Below are positions 23,781 to 48,510 of a DNA stretch of 64,000 bases, one piece after another. Under the pieces are notes generated by a model. The model ran no database searches. It worked only from the letters and a program-made list of their open reading frames with translations, and had not been told where the DNA came from. Both the position numbers and the translations under genes were made by a program. Origin of the DNA: the human T2T-CHM13v2.0 reference genome, Homo sapiens; NCBI RefSeq assembly GCF_009914755.1, contig NC_060925.1, one strand, 5' to 3'. Each line of letters opens with the position of its first letter. Position 1 is the first letter of the stretch.

Positions 23781-23901
23781 TTAAATTAGTGAATGGAGGC
23801 AGTAAGTCTTAAACTGACTGCAATAGAGAAAAATATTTATCTTTCAATCTGCAATGGCTATTGGATATCACATACCTTTCCACATTTTTTTTTTTAAATG
23901 A

Positions 23902-24003
<102 letters not shown>

Positions 24004-24015
24004 TAGCTGGGATGA

Positions 24016-24222
<207 letters not shown>

Positions 24223-24427
24223 TAAATCTACTAAATACCATCCAGAGATTTCCTAATGTTGAACCATTCTGAAAAATAGGAATAAACTCTTTTGGCCTGG
24301 AACAAGTCTTTCTGCATTCTATAGGAACACCCTCTCCCCTCAACTGAAAGGCAAAAAGAGATCTGCCACCTCCCTCGCCACACTGCCGCAGCATATGGTG
24401 ACCTTCCTTACTAAAGGAAATGGTTTG

Positions 24428-24585
24428 TATTCTAGCTCCTTTTTTTTCTTTTCTTTCTTTCTTTCTTTTTTTTCTTTTAATTTTTTTTTTTTAGGTTAGA
24501 GCAGAAGTTTAATAAGCAAAAGGAAGAAAGCTGTCTGGATGAGAGAGGGGTCCCAGAAAGATGGGTTGCCCTCTTATTCTAGCTC
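24428..24585 (-). mobile_element. Short L1-mediated retrocopy of an ERV1 LTR R region
   Basis: TSD TATTCTAGCTC at 24428-24438 and 24575-24585; T-rich tail 24440-24492; ATTAAA 15 nt from the tail. Confidence 0.7.
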
Positions 24586-26089
24586 TTGTCTTTATTTGAG
24601 TAAGAATCAGATGAAATTGTCTTATTCTTTAAAGAATTGTTATCGGCTCTTTTCTTTCATTATTTTGTAACTAAGAGTTCATTTAATCACCTTGCTGCTT
24701 GCTCTTTATCTCTGGTTCACTATTTTCCTGTCGTAATCCCCTCCGTACTTTGCTGTTGCACATTTCCTTCCCCTCTCCAAGCCCGCCTTCTAAACTAAAC
24801 ATGAAGGGGAATCCCGTTTTTGCATGGTCAAGCTTCACTCATACTTCAGAGTTTAATTTCTTGCCTTTGCCCTTTCTTGCCCTTTTGTGCTTTTGACAGA
24901 ATACTTCAAAGCAGCATATGTAAATTTTCATTTCATTTATAGGATCTGAGTAACTTAGAAAGGGTTTCCAGAGACTGTTCTATGCTTGTTAGAGCTTAGC
25001 TTTTCAAGCATAGGCAAATCTCACTGTCCTTTATAAATTATGACAACGTCAGTACTGATGATTACAGAGTCAGTAAAAAAGATAAAATGGAAAGAGATGA
25101 GATAATTCAAAGATTACCAGTGCTACAAGTTTAAACATAGGACTCTAAGCAAAAATATCCTAATAGGACCTCCTGAAACCCTTCCTCTTTGGCTAATTCT
25201 GAAACACACATATCTCCAAAAAAGATGACTTCTTTAGTGAGCATTCCTGTAATTCATGAAAATCTGTAGTATTTATGCCTTAGGTATTAAAAATGGTGCA
25301 AATAACTTCTCATTTCTCAGTTTAGTAGTTTAAGTTATACATATTGAGGCTAGGCACAGTGGCTCACGCCTGTAATCCCAGCACTTTGGGAGGCTGAGGC
25401 AGGTGGATCTCTTGAGGTCAGGAGTTCAAGAGCAGCCTGGCCAACATGGCGAAACCCTGCCTCTACTAAAAACACAAAAATTAGCTGGTCTTTGTGGCAT
25501 GCACCTGTGGTCCCAGCTACTCAAGAGGCTGAAGGAGGAGAATCACTTCAACCCAGGAGGTGGAGGTTGCAGTGAGCTGAGATTGTGCCACTGCACTCCA
25601 GCCTGGGCAACAAGGCGAGATTCAGTCTCAAAAAAAAGTTGTACATGTTGAGAACCTTGCCTAGCATGTAAGAACAGAAAGTGTTAAGAGCCTAATGTGT
25701 GTACAAGACTTTTCTGTGGATTACTTCTGAGGCTCAAGTAATTTAACTAAATTGTATAAATTCTCACAGCTAATGTGTGATACATTTAGAACTATAATAC
25801 CCTGACTTCCATCCCAGCACTGTTTTCCAAATATCAAATGCCTCCCAGTCTGCCATCTACATGAGCTTAAGTGACATCCTTCACAGGCCATCCTTAGAGT
25901 ATTGCAAATCAGGAACTCTGAATTGGGGGGCTGGCCTCTGAGTGTACAGGCAATAACTGAGGGAAGTATTAGGGAGGGAGAAGGGATCTTGCGGTTCACA
26001 TGGATGGACGTTAGACAGGTTTGTTGTTTTTGTTTTGTTTTGTTTTGTTTTTGGTCATCCCATATGTGAGTTCCCTTTGTGTGGGGAAT

Positions 26090-27876
<1,787 letters not shown>

Positions 27877-28927
27877 GGGAAGGCAATCAGTCCACAAAAC
27901 TCCACCATTCCCAAGACCAAAACTTACCTTCCTCTCTTTCCCTCCCATCTTTCATGTATTTTGAGGCTTCTTTCCTGATTTTAAAATGTCAGGATAGGGA
28001 ATAAGAACTTTGAATTTTCCAGGAATTGCTTAACCTCAACCCCAGAGATGGTCTTGAGCCATTAAACCCTTAGGGGTAGTTATGCCTTGCAATTCATCAA
28101 TAGCCACAATTCACTGTTTATGTAATACTCCTGTCATTATAAAAAGCCCTCTTGTTGAGGCCGGGAGTTGTGGTCATGCCTGTAATCCCAGCAGTTTGGG
28201 AGGCTAAGGCGGGAGGATCACTTGAGATAGAGTTCCAGACCAGCCTGGCCAAATGGTGAAACCCATCTCTACTAAAAATACAAAAAGTAGCCAGGCATGG
28301 TGGGTGCGCCTGTAGTCCCAGCTACTCCGGAGGCTGAGGCACGAGAATCACTTGAACCCGGGAGGTGGGGGTTGAAGTAAGATGAGATCGAGCCACTGAA
28401 CCCCAGACTGGGTGACTGAGCAAGACTCTGTTAAAAAAAAAATCCTTTTGTTGGAAACTCAGAAGAAAAGTCAGGAGTCAGGAATTAATTTGACCAGAAA
28501 GAATACACCCGTTGGAATCAAACAAAGAATCGAGTCTGTGAAATTGTAGCACAAAACCCCACACAAAACAAGTCCTAGGGGAACTTCTCCCCAATCCCCA
28601 AAGGTCACAAGAGATCTCCAATAACCCCATTTCCCAAGGTTCCTCTCTGGGTTTGAGGTGTGTCACACAGCTACCTCTACCACCACAACAAAGCTTGCCA
28701 ATGCAATACTGTCACCAAACAGAAATTTACTGGACTGACTAACACATATTATCAGGGAAGCCCATTTTAACAGGGGCCTTCTGAAATCAGTAGCTTCCTA
28801 TAGAAGGACTCTACATGCAAATGTCATTTGAATCTGCTTCCTCTCACTTTCTTATCTGGGACCCAAATGGAAACATTTATTATTGATGTAATTTAAGAAG
28901 CCTAAAAACGATCATTGAAATATCTAG

Positions 28928-29553
28928 TTTCCTGTCTGTGCCAGGGCGGCACGCGGTCCACGCCAAACAATAGAGATGCTCAGGCTGTGCCCTCAGGGAC
29001 CAAATGGGAGACAATAGCACCTGCGGGGACAGAGAGCCCAGACATCAAGCTCTTTGGGAAGTGGAGCACCCATGATGTGCATGCAGATCAATAACATTTC
29101 CCTGCAGGATTACATTGCAGTGAAGAAGTATGCCAAGCACCTGCCTCACAGTGCAGGGTAGTATGCCGCCAAACGCTTCCGCAAAGCTCAGCACCCCATT
29201 GTGGAGTGCCGCACTCACTCCATGATGCCGCAACAACTGCAAGAAACTCGTGACCTTGCGCATCACCAAGCATGCCTTCGAGACCATTCACCTGCTCACA
29301 GGAGAGGACTCTCTGCAGGTCCTGGTGAACGCCATCATCAACAGTGGTCCCCGGGAGGACTCCATACGTATTGGGCGAGCCGAGCCTGGGCCGTGAGACC
29401 ACAGGCTGTGGAAGTGTCCCCCTTGTGCCGTGTGAATCAGGCCATCTGGCTGTTGTCCACAGGTGCTCGTGAGGCCCTTTGGGGCAGCCCCACGAAAAAG
29501 AGAGAGAAGAGAAGAGAAGAGAAGAGAAGAGAAGAAAGAGAAAGAGAAAGAAA
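28928..29553 (+). pseudogene. RPS5 processed pseudogene with internal 3' deletion and GA-rich tail
   Basis: 5'UTR-like TTTCCTGTCTG start, intronless decayed match to [55 protein letters not shown]; ATG lost, frameshifts. Confidence 0.92.
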
Positions 29554-29572
29554 GATCAAAAACTGTTAATAA

Positions 29573-29959
<387 letters not shown>

Positions 29960-30398
29960 TAATTTATGTTTAGGGACAGGGTCTCGCCGTGTTGCCCAAG
30001 CTTGTCTTGAACTCCTGGCCTCAAGCAATCCTCCAGCCTCGGCCTTCCAAAGTGCTGGAATTACAGGCATGAGCCACCACACCCAGCCACAAATAGCAAA
30101 TTTCTTACAATTCCTCCAGAGTGCCAGTCAGCCTTGCTCTTTACTAAATTTCCCAGAAGCCTACCAAGGCTGCCCTGTGGATTTCCTGAGCCACCTGGTA
30201 GAGCTGAGGATAATGAGTTTCATGTGGGGCCCCCTCTACTCCTCTCTGGTTCTCAAGGGCACGGGCAAGGCCAGAGTCCATCCACCCCAGTGGAATTCAG
30301 AGAGTGGGGAATTGGGAATCACGAGCATTGGCCTGGGTCTTTCAGATGCCAGAGAATCCCCCAGTATAAGGTAAAGGGTTATTTTGGGGGACAGCTTC

Positions 30399-30660
30399 TG
30401 TGATGGTTAATTTGATGTGTCAACTTGGTGAGGCTACATTACTCAGCTAGTTGGTTAAACATTATTCTAGATGTTTCTGTGAAGGTATATTGTAAATTAG
30501 ATTAACGTTTAAATCAGTGGACTGTGAGTGAAGCATGTTACCCTCTGTAAAGTGGATTGGCTTCCTCCAATCAGTCGAAGGCCTTAGAAATAGAAAAAGA
30601 CTGACCTTCCCAAGCAAGAAGGAATTCCGCCAGCAGACTGCCTTTGGGCTTTGCAGGGAG
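30399..30660 (+). mobile_element. MLT2-type ERVL LTR fragment
   Basis: TGTGATGGTTAATTTGATGTGTCAACTTG start characteristic of MLT2. Confidence 0.7.
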
Positions 30661-30894
30661 CCAGGGCAGAAAAGGAGGAAAGTGTCTGTGATTTAGTGCT
30701 ACTGAGGAAACCCATGCATTGACAGATATGAAACACTCCTGGGAGGGGGTAGAGAGCATGTGGACTTTCTGCCATTTCAGGTAAGGTCAGAGTCCCAATG
30801 GATATATTGTCTTGTGACTTTTGAGTTTCTGGTTTTAGCCTGAGACTGTTGTAGGGTGTATAGAGGAGGATAAAGTAGAAAATGCCTAAGGTGG

Positions 30895-32152
30895 TGTTAG
30901 AAATGCAAAATGCTTGTTCCCCAGTGCAGCAAAGAAATAGCACTCCAACATAAATTTAATTTTCTCAGCAAGGCAATTTTTACTTTCTGCAGAAAGTGTG
31001 CCCTTCACAGATGGAACAATGGTGAGAGCATACCTGGACAGGGGAAGGGAAGGAGTTATTCCTGATGCAGGTAGCTCCTACTGCTGTGTCGTTCCCCTAT
31101 TGGCTTAGGTTGGACAGCACAGTCTAAGCTAATTCCGATTGGCTGTTTTAAAAAGAGCAGGAGTACGAGCCGGAGTGGCAGCGTGAGTAGTTTGGTGGGA
31201 AAGATGGTTAGGAACAGGTAACTAAGGTGACTTAGGTCAGACTGGGTGACCAGGCATGACTCAGGTCAGAGCAGGTGACCGGAATGAGTCAGGATGAAGC
31301 AGGTGACCAGGGGAACAGATGTGAATTACTAATTAGGACTGGTGGGAGAGTTGTTTACTGAAACCAGAGGCAAGGGGGTGAAGAGAACCAGGAAGTTAAG
31401 CTTTAAAATGGAGAATCAAAGAATAAGAGAGCTGAACATACTAATATACTCAGCCAGGCGTGGTGGCTCACGCCTGTAATCCCAGCACTTTGGGAGACTG
31501 AGGTAGGTGGATCACATGAGATCAGGAGTTTAAAACCAGCCTGACCAATATGGTGAAACCCTGTCTCTACTAAAAATACAAAAATTAGCCAGGTGTATTG
31601 GTGCATGCCTGTAATCCCAACTACTCAGGAGGCTGAGGCAGGAGAATTGCATGAACCCAGGAGAAGGAGGTTGTAGTGAGCCAAGGTCACGCCACTGTAC
31701 TCCAACCTGGGTGACAAAGCTAGACTCCATCTCAAAAAAAAAAAAAAAAAAAAAAAAACAGGCTGGGTGCGGTGGCTCACGCCTGTAATCCTGGCACTTA
31801 GGGAGGCTGAGGTGGGTGGATCATGAGGTCAGGAGATTGAGACCATCCTAGCTAACACGGTGAAACCCCATCTCTACTAAAAATACAAAAATACACACAC
31901 ACACACAAAAAAGATTAGCCAGGCGTTGTGGCAGGTGCCTGTAGTCCCAGCTACTTGGGAGGCTGAGGCAGAAGAATGGCGTGAACCCAGGAGGCAGAGC
32001 TGGCAGTGAGCCGAGATCACGCCACTACGCTCTAGCCTGGGCAACAGAGCGAGACCCCGTCTCAAAACAAACAAACAAACAAACAAACAAACAAAACATG
32101 CTAACATACTGATTCTTTGAAGAGAAAATTGGGGTTCACTATAAATTTAACA
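30895..32152 (-). mobile_element. LTR10-family (HERV-I) solo LTR with two inserted Alus (~31452-32097)
   Basis: Minus-strand start TGTTAAATTTATAGTGAACCCC..TCTCTTCAAAGAATCAGTATG; TG/CA ends; 4-bp TSD GTGG; AP-1-containing 28-bp repeats. Confidence 0.8.
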
Positions 32153-32378
32153 GTGGGATCAGGGGTGAGGGAAGGTTTCCAGAAGGAGGTGTTATCAAAT
32201 TAAATCTTGCACAAATTGAAGTTAGGTAGAGAGGAGGTAACGGAATAAGGCAAGTTCAGAGAGTCACAAGTAGGTCTATAAAACCAGAGGCACACAGCTG
32301 GGAGGGTGGATAGGGTTAGGAGAGAGCTGAGGTTAGAGAATGTGTTAATTGTACTGTCCAGCTGGGTGTGGTGGCTCA

Positions 32379-32684
<306 letters not shown>

Positions 32685-32768
32685 CTATGTGTTTATTTCC
32701 TATTATTCATCCTAGCTAGAGCCAAAGAAATAATACTGTATTTGATAGTCTTTATTTGAGCTTCTGAA

Positions 32769-33180
32769 TGTGGGGAGATAATTATCTACAGGACTCCCAT
32801 GTTTCTGCACATCTAGGGAGCAGAAGCACTGACGACCTTTGTTTCAGGTAATCTCTTTGGAAGATCGTGACTCCCTCTGGAGCAGAGGGCAGCTCTGTTT
32901 ACCATCCACTATAATGAAGATAATGTCTCTTTCTGGGCAAAGGTTGGGTTTCTTTAAGCTCAGGATTCCTCAGCTATGAGGCAAAACCTCTGCGTGTGTG
33001 GCATCTACCTGGACATCTTCACATCGCCCCATGGATCTTGAGGGAGTGGGGGAGGGCAAGGGGAACTGACCCGAACAAGAGGCTTGTGTTCCTTGCTGTG
33101 CTCTAAGTAGTAAAATCCTTTGCCTCTGAACCAGGAGCCTCATGTCTTCTGCAGGTGCCCATGACAGCTGTGCCAGGATA
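32769..33180 (+). mobile_element. Old ERVL-type LTR (family uncertain)
   Basis: TG start, AGTAAA poly(A) signal followed by TCTGAACCAGGAGCCTCATGTCTTCTG-like U5. Confidence 0.4.
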
Positions 33181-34637
33181 ATCCTTTAGTTATTAACACT
33201 AGGTATTTGCTTTAAAACAAACAAACAAAAACAGGCCGGATGAAGTGGCTCATGCCTGTAATCCCAGCACTTTGGGAGGCTGAGGAGGGCGGATTGCTTG
33301 AGGCCAGGAGTTCACGACCAGCAACATGGCGAAACCCCATCTCTACTAAAAATACAAAAATTAGCCAGGCATACACTTGTCATCCCAGCTACTCAGGAGG
33401 CTGAGGTGGGAGAATCATCTGAGACCGGGAAGTCCAGCTGCAGTGAGCCATGATCATGCCACTGCACTCAAGCCTGGGTGACAGAATGAGACCCTGTGTC
33501 AAAAAAAAAAAAGGCAGACTTTCACCATGTTGCACAGGGTGGAGGGCAGTGGCTATTCACAGCCATGATCCTGGCACACTACAGCCTTGAACTCCTGGAC
33601 TCAAGTGATCTCTCACTCCAGCCTCCTGAGTAGCTGGGACTATAGGTATCTGCCACCACTGCTTGGCTAGGTATTTGCCTTTTGGGAAGTGAAAAATTAG
33701 CTGTAGTTCTGTGTCGTTTGTTTTTATTATTTTTAACATTTTCTCATGGTTGATGAGTCTTATCCACACTGTGCCCTACTATATAGTCCTGACTGACATA
33801 GGGTTTTAAGCCAGCTGGCTTATCCATATCCCTTCTAATATCAGAATGCTTTGGCTCTCTATGAATCTGAGCTTCCTGTGGAAGTAGAGGGCAACCAAAT
33901 AAAAAGTGAATGTCTTATTGAAATAAATACAAATGCCAAGAAGCTCTGGGTTCCAGGCCAGGCAGTGCTCTGCTTGGCATATGGACTAGGTTCTTAACCA
34001 CACAAAGGAACATAAGCCAAGTTAAGATCTGAAGAGGCTCATGCCTGTAATCCCAGCACTTTGTGGGGCTGAGGCGGGCAGATCACCTGAGGTCAGGAGT
34101 TCGAGACCAGCCTGGGCAACATGGTGAAACCCTGTCTCTACTAAAAATACAAAAATTAACCTGGCATAGTGGCACACACCTGTAGTCCCAGCTACTCAGG
34201 AGGCTGAGATGAGAATTGCTTGAACCTGGAAAGCAGATGTTGCAGTGAGCCAAATCACACTGCTGCACCCCAGCCTGGGCAACAGACCAAGACTCCGTCT
34301 AAAAAAAAAAAAGTGATTTGAAGAGACTGTGATCCAAGAAGCAATGAAACGGAGGTGATAGTAGCCAAATAGGATGTGGCCATGAGATAATTCTAACCAT
34401 CACCACTGTGGGGATGGACAACGTAATGTAACAGAAAGCCCTGTCTACAGGCACCTTATATTAGCCTCTCAAATATCTCCTTATTCAAATAATCAAAACC
34501 ATAACTTTAACAGAGGAAGTTAATCTATCATTTATAAGCAAGTGTTAACTTTTTAGCCTTCAACCTGATCAGTGGGGTTGGTCAATATATTCCATTGAGT
34601 TATAGAAACAAATATAAACTATTATTTAAACATTTTA

Positions 34638-34962
<325 letters not shown>

Positions 34963-35215
34963 TCACTGTAAACTAAACTCTTAGGTATTCATGTTTGAAA
35001 GTAACTAAAAAACTCAAATCCTCTCTTCAAATCATCTAAGTTTAAATGATAGAATGGAAGGAATAAAGATATGTTTTATGTGACTTAATGTTTTTTGAGG
35101 GATCTAGTGAATACTTTTGTTTAGCTTTGTTTATAATTAATAATTTGTAAATAATTTAGACACACTGAAGAAGAATCAAAGAGAATGTATTTCCGTGTGT
35201 CTCTGGAGATGCACT

Positions 35216-35235
35216 TTATCCAAATATGGCATTAT
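35216..35235 (-). CDS. SPATA45: SPATA45 last coding exon ((N)NAIFG*)
   Basis: Minus strand ttttttcag|AT AAT GCC ATA TTT GGA TAA completes the phase-1 codon of the previous exon, giving a 98-aa protein ending HFPPKNNAIFG. Confidence 0.88.
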
Positions 35236-35841
35236 CTGAAAAAATAAAAAATAAAAAGTATTTGTTATATAACTTATAACACATTTCATGGTTTTTAAAA
35301 TAACCCTGGAGGGCAGAGTATTGTTTTTCAGATACAGGAACTAAGGTTTAGAAACACCAAATGGGCCGGGTGCGGTGGCTCACACCTGTAATCCCAGCAC
35401 TTTGGGAAGCCGAGGTGGGCGGATCACGAGGTCAGGAGATCGAGACCATCCTGGCCAAGATGGTGAAACCCCATCTCTACTAAAAAAATACAAAAATTAG
35501 CCGGGCGTCGTGGCGCGCTCCTGTAGTCCCAGCTACTCAGGAGGCTGAGACAAGAGAATCGGTTGAACCCAGGAGGCGGAACGTGCAGTGAGCCGAGATC
35601 ACACCACTGCACTCCAGCCTGGGCGAAAGAGCAAGACTCCGACTCCAAAAAAAAAAAAAGAAACACCAAATGGCGGCCAGGCGCTGTGGCTCACGCCTGT
35701 AATCCCAGCACTTTGAGAGACTGAGGTGGGCGGATCACGAGGTCAAGAGATGGAGACCATCCTGGCCAACATGTTGAAACCCCCATCTCTACTAAAAAGA
35801 CAAAAATTAGCTGGGTGTGGTGGGATGCGCCTGTAGTCCTA

Positions 35842-36117
<276 letters not shown>

Positions 36118-37325
36118 TCAATAAATTAAAAAAAAAAAAAGAAAGAAAGAAACACCAAATGGTTGGGCACGGTGGCTCACGCCTGTAATCCCAGCGCTTT
36201 GGGAGGCTGAGGCAGGCAGATTGCTTGAGGTCAAGAATTTGAGACCAACCTGGGCAACATGGCAAAATCCAGACTCTATTAAAAAAATACAAAAGTTAGC
36301 CAAGCATGGTGGCACATGCCTATAGTCCCAGCTACTCGGGAGGCTGAGAGGTAGGAGGATCGCTCGAGCCCAGGAGGTTGAGGATACAGTGAGCTATGAT
36401 CACACCACTGCGCTCCAGCCCCAGTGACAGAGCAAGACTCTGCCTCTAAAAAAAAAAAAAAAAACCTCAAATTACTAAAAGCATGATACTAGTCAATGAC
36501 AGAGGCAAAACTTGAACCCAGGTGTTTTTAATTCTATATATTTAAATAAACTGCCCCCCTTTTGGGCTCCACATCTCCAAGTGGAAGATTGAAAAGAGGG
36601 CCTGGAAATCTCGGACTAAGAGAACTTCTTTCCTAGTCTTCACGTCACTATTAATAGAAGCAAAGAGGATCACCCAGAACTCCAAATACTCTATGCAAAA
36701 TCTGTAACATTACTTCCCCTCAACACACAGGCCTCCCCACCAGGTTAGACCACCGCTAGGTTCGACCATCAGGACTAATCTCATTCTGTCCCTTATCCCT
36801 GTTTACACTGGACTCCTCAAGGAACCCAGGAGTCCTGGGTCATCCCTCATGCCCTGGATAGTAATCCCCATATAGTTATATGGGCAGCAATACACCCTCC
36901 ATCCAACACTTCCTATCCCCCACCCTGCTGTTTTCTGTTTCCCCATAGCTCTTACCCATTTATCACTATCTGATCGGACATTTACTTCCTTTTTTTTTTT
37001 TTTTTTTTTTGAGACGGAGTTTCGCTCTTGTTGCCCAGGCTGTAGTGCAGTGGCGCGATCTCTGCTCACTGCAACCTCCTCCTCCCGGATTCCAGTGATT
37101 CTTCTGCCTCAGCCTCCAGAGTAGCTAGGATTACAGGCATGCACCACCATGCCCAGCTAATTTTTGTGGGGTTTCACCATGTTGGTCAGGCTGGTCTCGA
37201 ACTCCTGACCTCAGGTGATCCACTCGCCTCGGCCTCCCAAAATGCTGGGATTACAGGCGTGAGCCACTGTGCCCGGCTGAAATGTACTATTTTTTAACTT
37301 GTTTATCTGGCTCTCTACCCAGTGA

Positions 37326-37484
<159 letters not shown>

Positions 37485-38064
37485 TAAGCTTTTTGAGGCA
37501 AGATTTTATTCATCACTGTATTGACAAGCACGTAGAAGAGTGCCTGACATCAAGTAAGCACTGATATATATTCGTTGAATGAATAAAGAGTAAATGAGTG
37601 TTTCTTCCTCTTGCACAGGTATGCAAAGGAAAGGAGTACAGTGCCTTCCAATTCGTATTGAATATGTCCAGCAAAATTACTGTATTATTACCCTCCTGCA
37701 TTTCTAAAGATTATTCCACAGCAACCAACTAAGGTTGCTGTGAGAAACTCTTAGGTTTGTGAGCCATTGCCCAAGGACATAGCTATTGGTCTCGAGAGGA
37801 ATGAGGTAAGTTCTACCACTACTTCTGGGAAAGTATATTCCATGTCCCAACATTTATTCAATCAGCCAGGAAACGTTTCCTGAGTTCCTAATTTGTGCCA
37901 GACACTGTTCTAGGGACTGAAGATAAAGTGGTGAAAAAAGCAGATACCATCCCTGCCTTCAAGGAGCCTAGCCTTCATTAGGGAGTGATAAACACTGTGG
38001 TAAAAAAGAAAGCTGGGTAAGGGATTATAGAGTGTTGAGGAGTGCTGCTTAGATAGGGTGGTTT

Positions 38065-38350
38065 CTTTTGTTTATTTTTAATTTCAGTAGTTTTTGGGGT
38101 AAAGGTAGGTTTTGGTTACATGGGTAAGTTCTTCAGCGGTGATTTCTGAGATTTTGGTGCACCCATCAACCGAGCATATAGTCTTTTATTCCTTGCCCCT
38201 CTTTTACCTTTCTTTCCCTTGGGGTTCCTAAAGTCCATTATATAATTCCTATGCCTTTGCATCCTCATAGCTTAGCTCCCACTTATAAGTGAGAACAGAC
38301 AATATTTGGTTTTCCATTCCTGAGTCACTTCACTTAGAATAATGGCCTCC
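38065..38350 (-). mobile_element. L1PB/L1MA-type 3' end fragment
   Basis: AGCTCCCACTTATAAGTGAGAAC..TTTGGTTTTCCATTCCTGAG..ACTTCACTTAGAATAATGG. Confidence 0.75.
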
Positions 38351-38621
38351 TGGCCGGGCTCAGTGGCTCAAGCCTATAATCCCAGCACTTTGGGAGGCCG
38401 AGATGGGTGGATCACTTGAAGCCAGGAGTTTGAAACCAGTCTGGCCAACATGACGAAACCCCATCTCTACTAAAATACAAAAAAAAAAAAAAAAAAAATT
38501 AGCCAGGCGTGGTGGCAGGCAATCCCAGCTACTTGGGAGGCTGAAGCACTTGAACCTGGGGGCAGAGGTTGCAGTGAGCTGAGATCACGTCATTGCACTT
38601 CAGCCTGGGTGACAGAGAGAC

Positions 38622-38945
38622 TCAGCTTTCACAGAATTGAAGAGAGTTGGGGCCTTGCTCTGGGTTAGGCTTTGACTTAAGGAAATGTTGTGGCTGGGTT
38701 CATCTGTCCAGATCACTGAAACTTTCTCCCTATCAGCAATAAGGCTGTTTTGCTTTCTTATCATTTGTGTGTTCACTAAAGGGAATTTTAAATTTCCTTC
38801 AAGGGTTTTTCCTTTGCATTGATAATTTGGATAAATGACTGGCACAAGAGGCCTGGCTTTTGGCCTATCTTGGCTTTTGCCATGCCTTCCTCACTAAGCT
38901 TAATCATTTCTAGCTTTTGATTTAAAGTGAGACGTAATACTTCCT
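38622..38945 (-). mobile_element. Tigger1 transposase fragment
   Basis: ORF 38600..38845 reads [41 protein letters not shown], typical of Tigger1. Confidence 0.85.
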
Positions 38946-39311
38946 CCTTTCATCTCAGGTGATCCGCCCACCTCGGCCTCCCAAAATGCTAGGATTATAG
39001 GCATGAGCCACCTTGCCCAGCCCTAGAGTTATTTTTGAATAAAACAAACACATGACTGTTACAAATTAACTCTAAACACAGTGGAGAATCTCAGCTTTCT
39101 ACACCACACTGTATCACACTCTACTCCACTTCCTAAGAGCACTGGGCAAGTGTAAAGTCACAGCCACATCAAAGAATTGAAATCTCAAGTGTGGTGATTC
39201 TTTTGTTTCTGATCTAAATTAATAATTTGTTGGTTGTATTAGATATGATTACACACCCCCTTCTCTTTTTTTCAAATAAATGAAAAAATGCTATCTCAGC
39301 TGCCTGCCTAG

Positions 39312-39752
<441 letters not shown>

Positions 39753-40190
39753 TGATATTTGTCATCAAAAGGATCTCCACTGCACCTCAATTTTGCACAT
39801 GAAATGTTTGTAAAGGCCAGAGAAATTGACGAGATAGCAGGTTTCTGAAGTTTTTGTGGTCTATTGTAACTATTATAACAACTCTTATCAAAATGTGGTT
39901 CTCAGGCCATTGGCATCAGCATCACCTTAGTCTGCTGAGAATGCAGATTTCCAGGCACCTCCCTAGAGTCTACTGAATGAGATGGCCTGAAGCTGAGGCC
40001 TGGGATTCTGTATGCATAAAAAAAGAGAGTCTCTGGTCTATAATAGATCTTACAATCCACCAGCCTAGTTTAATGACACTTTTACCTTCAAACAGATTGC
40101 CTTTATGCTATACCAGGGCAATACTCAGGGGACCTCTTTCAATCCCAGAAATTCTTCCTAATTTTTAGGAATACCTACAAATCATTCCTA

Positions 40191-41216
<1,026 letters not shown>

Positions 41217-41304
41217 TCACAATCACGTTTGCCAGTTTCTCTTTTTGCCTTCTATAAAATAACACCACAACCACCACCAAGCCTCCCACCCCACGCTTCA
41301 CTTT

Positions 41305-41929
<625 letters not shown>

Positions 41930-42324
41930 ACACCTCACTTTTTATTATTGTTTCTTAAGGGTTTTATTTTTTGTTTTTTAGGTGTTCTTCAGGGGAAACA
42001 AAGGTTAAAAAGATATGGTAAGAGGATATATTATTGTTTTTTAAAATTATACTATGCATTGTTTTTTGCTTTTAGAAGCATTATTTCTTCTGATTATAAA
42101 AATAATACATGTTTATTACATATATTAATAATGTAATAGATAAATAATACATGTTTAATACATGATTATAAAAATAATACATATTCATGGTAGATAATTA
42201 AGAAAATACAGAAAAAGATAAAGTAGAAAAGTTAAAATTACTCTCGATCCAGAGACATCCATTAATATTTTGGGTGTTACTTTCCCAATAAGTATCCAAA
42301 GGGATTTTATTTTTTAAAAGTGGC

Positions 42325-48320
<5,996 letters not shown>

Positions 48321-48510
48321 TCACAGAGTGTCATAAGGACTAAATGAGCTAATAAATACCAAGAGCTTAATACAACCAACCCTCAATAAGTGGTAACTTT
48401 ATCATATTAAATAGGCACTTTAAAAAAAGTTTTGTTCAATTTGATAAGTAAATAATTTAGTATTTTCTTTTCTCCCCAGTTTCTAATCTTGTTTACTTGC
48501 TGTGTGACTA

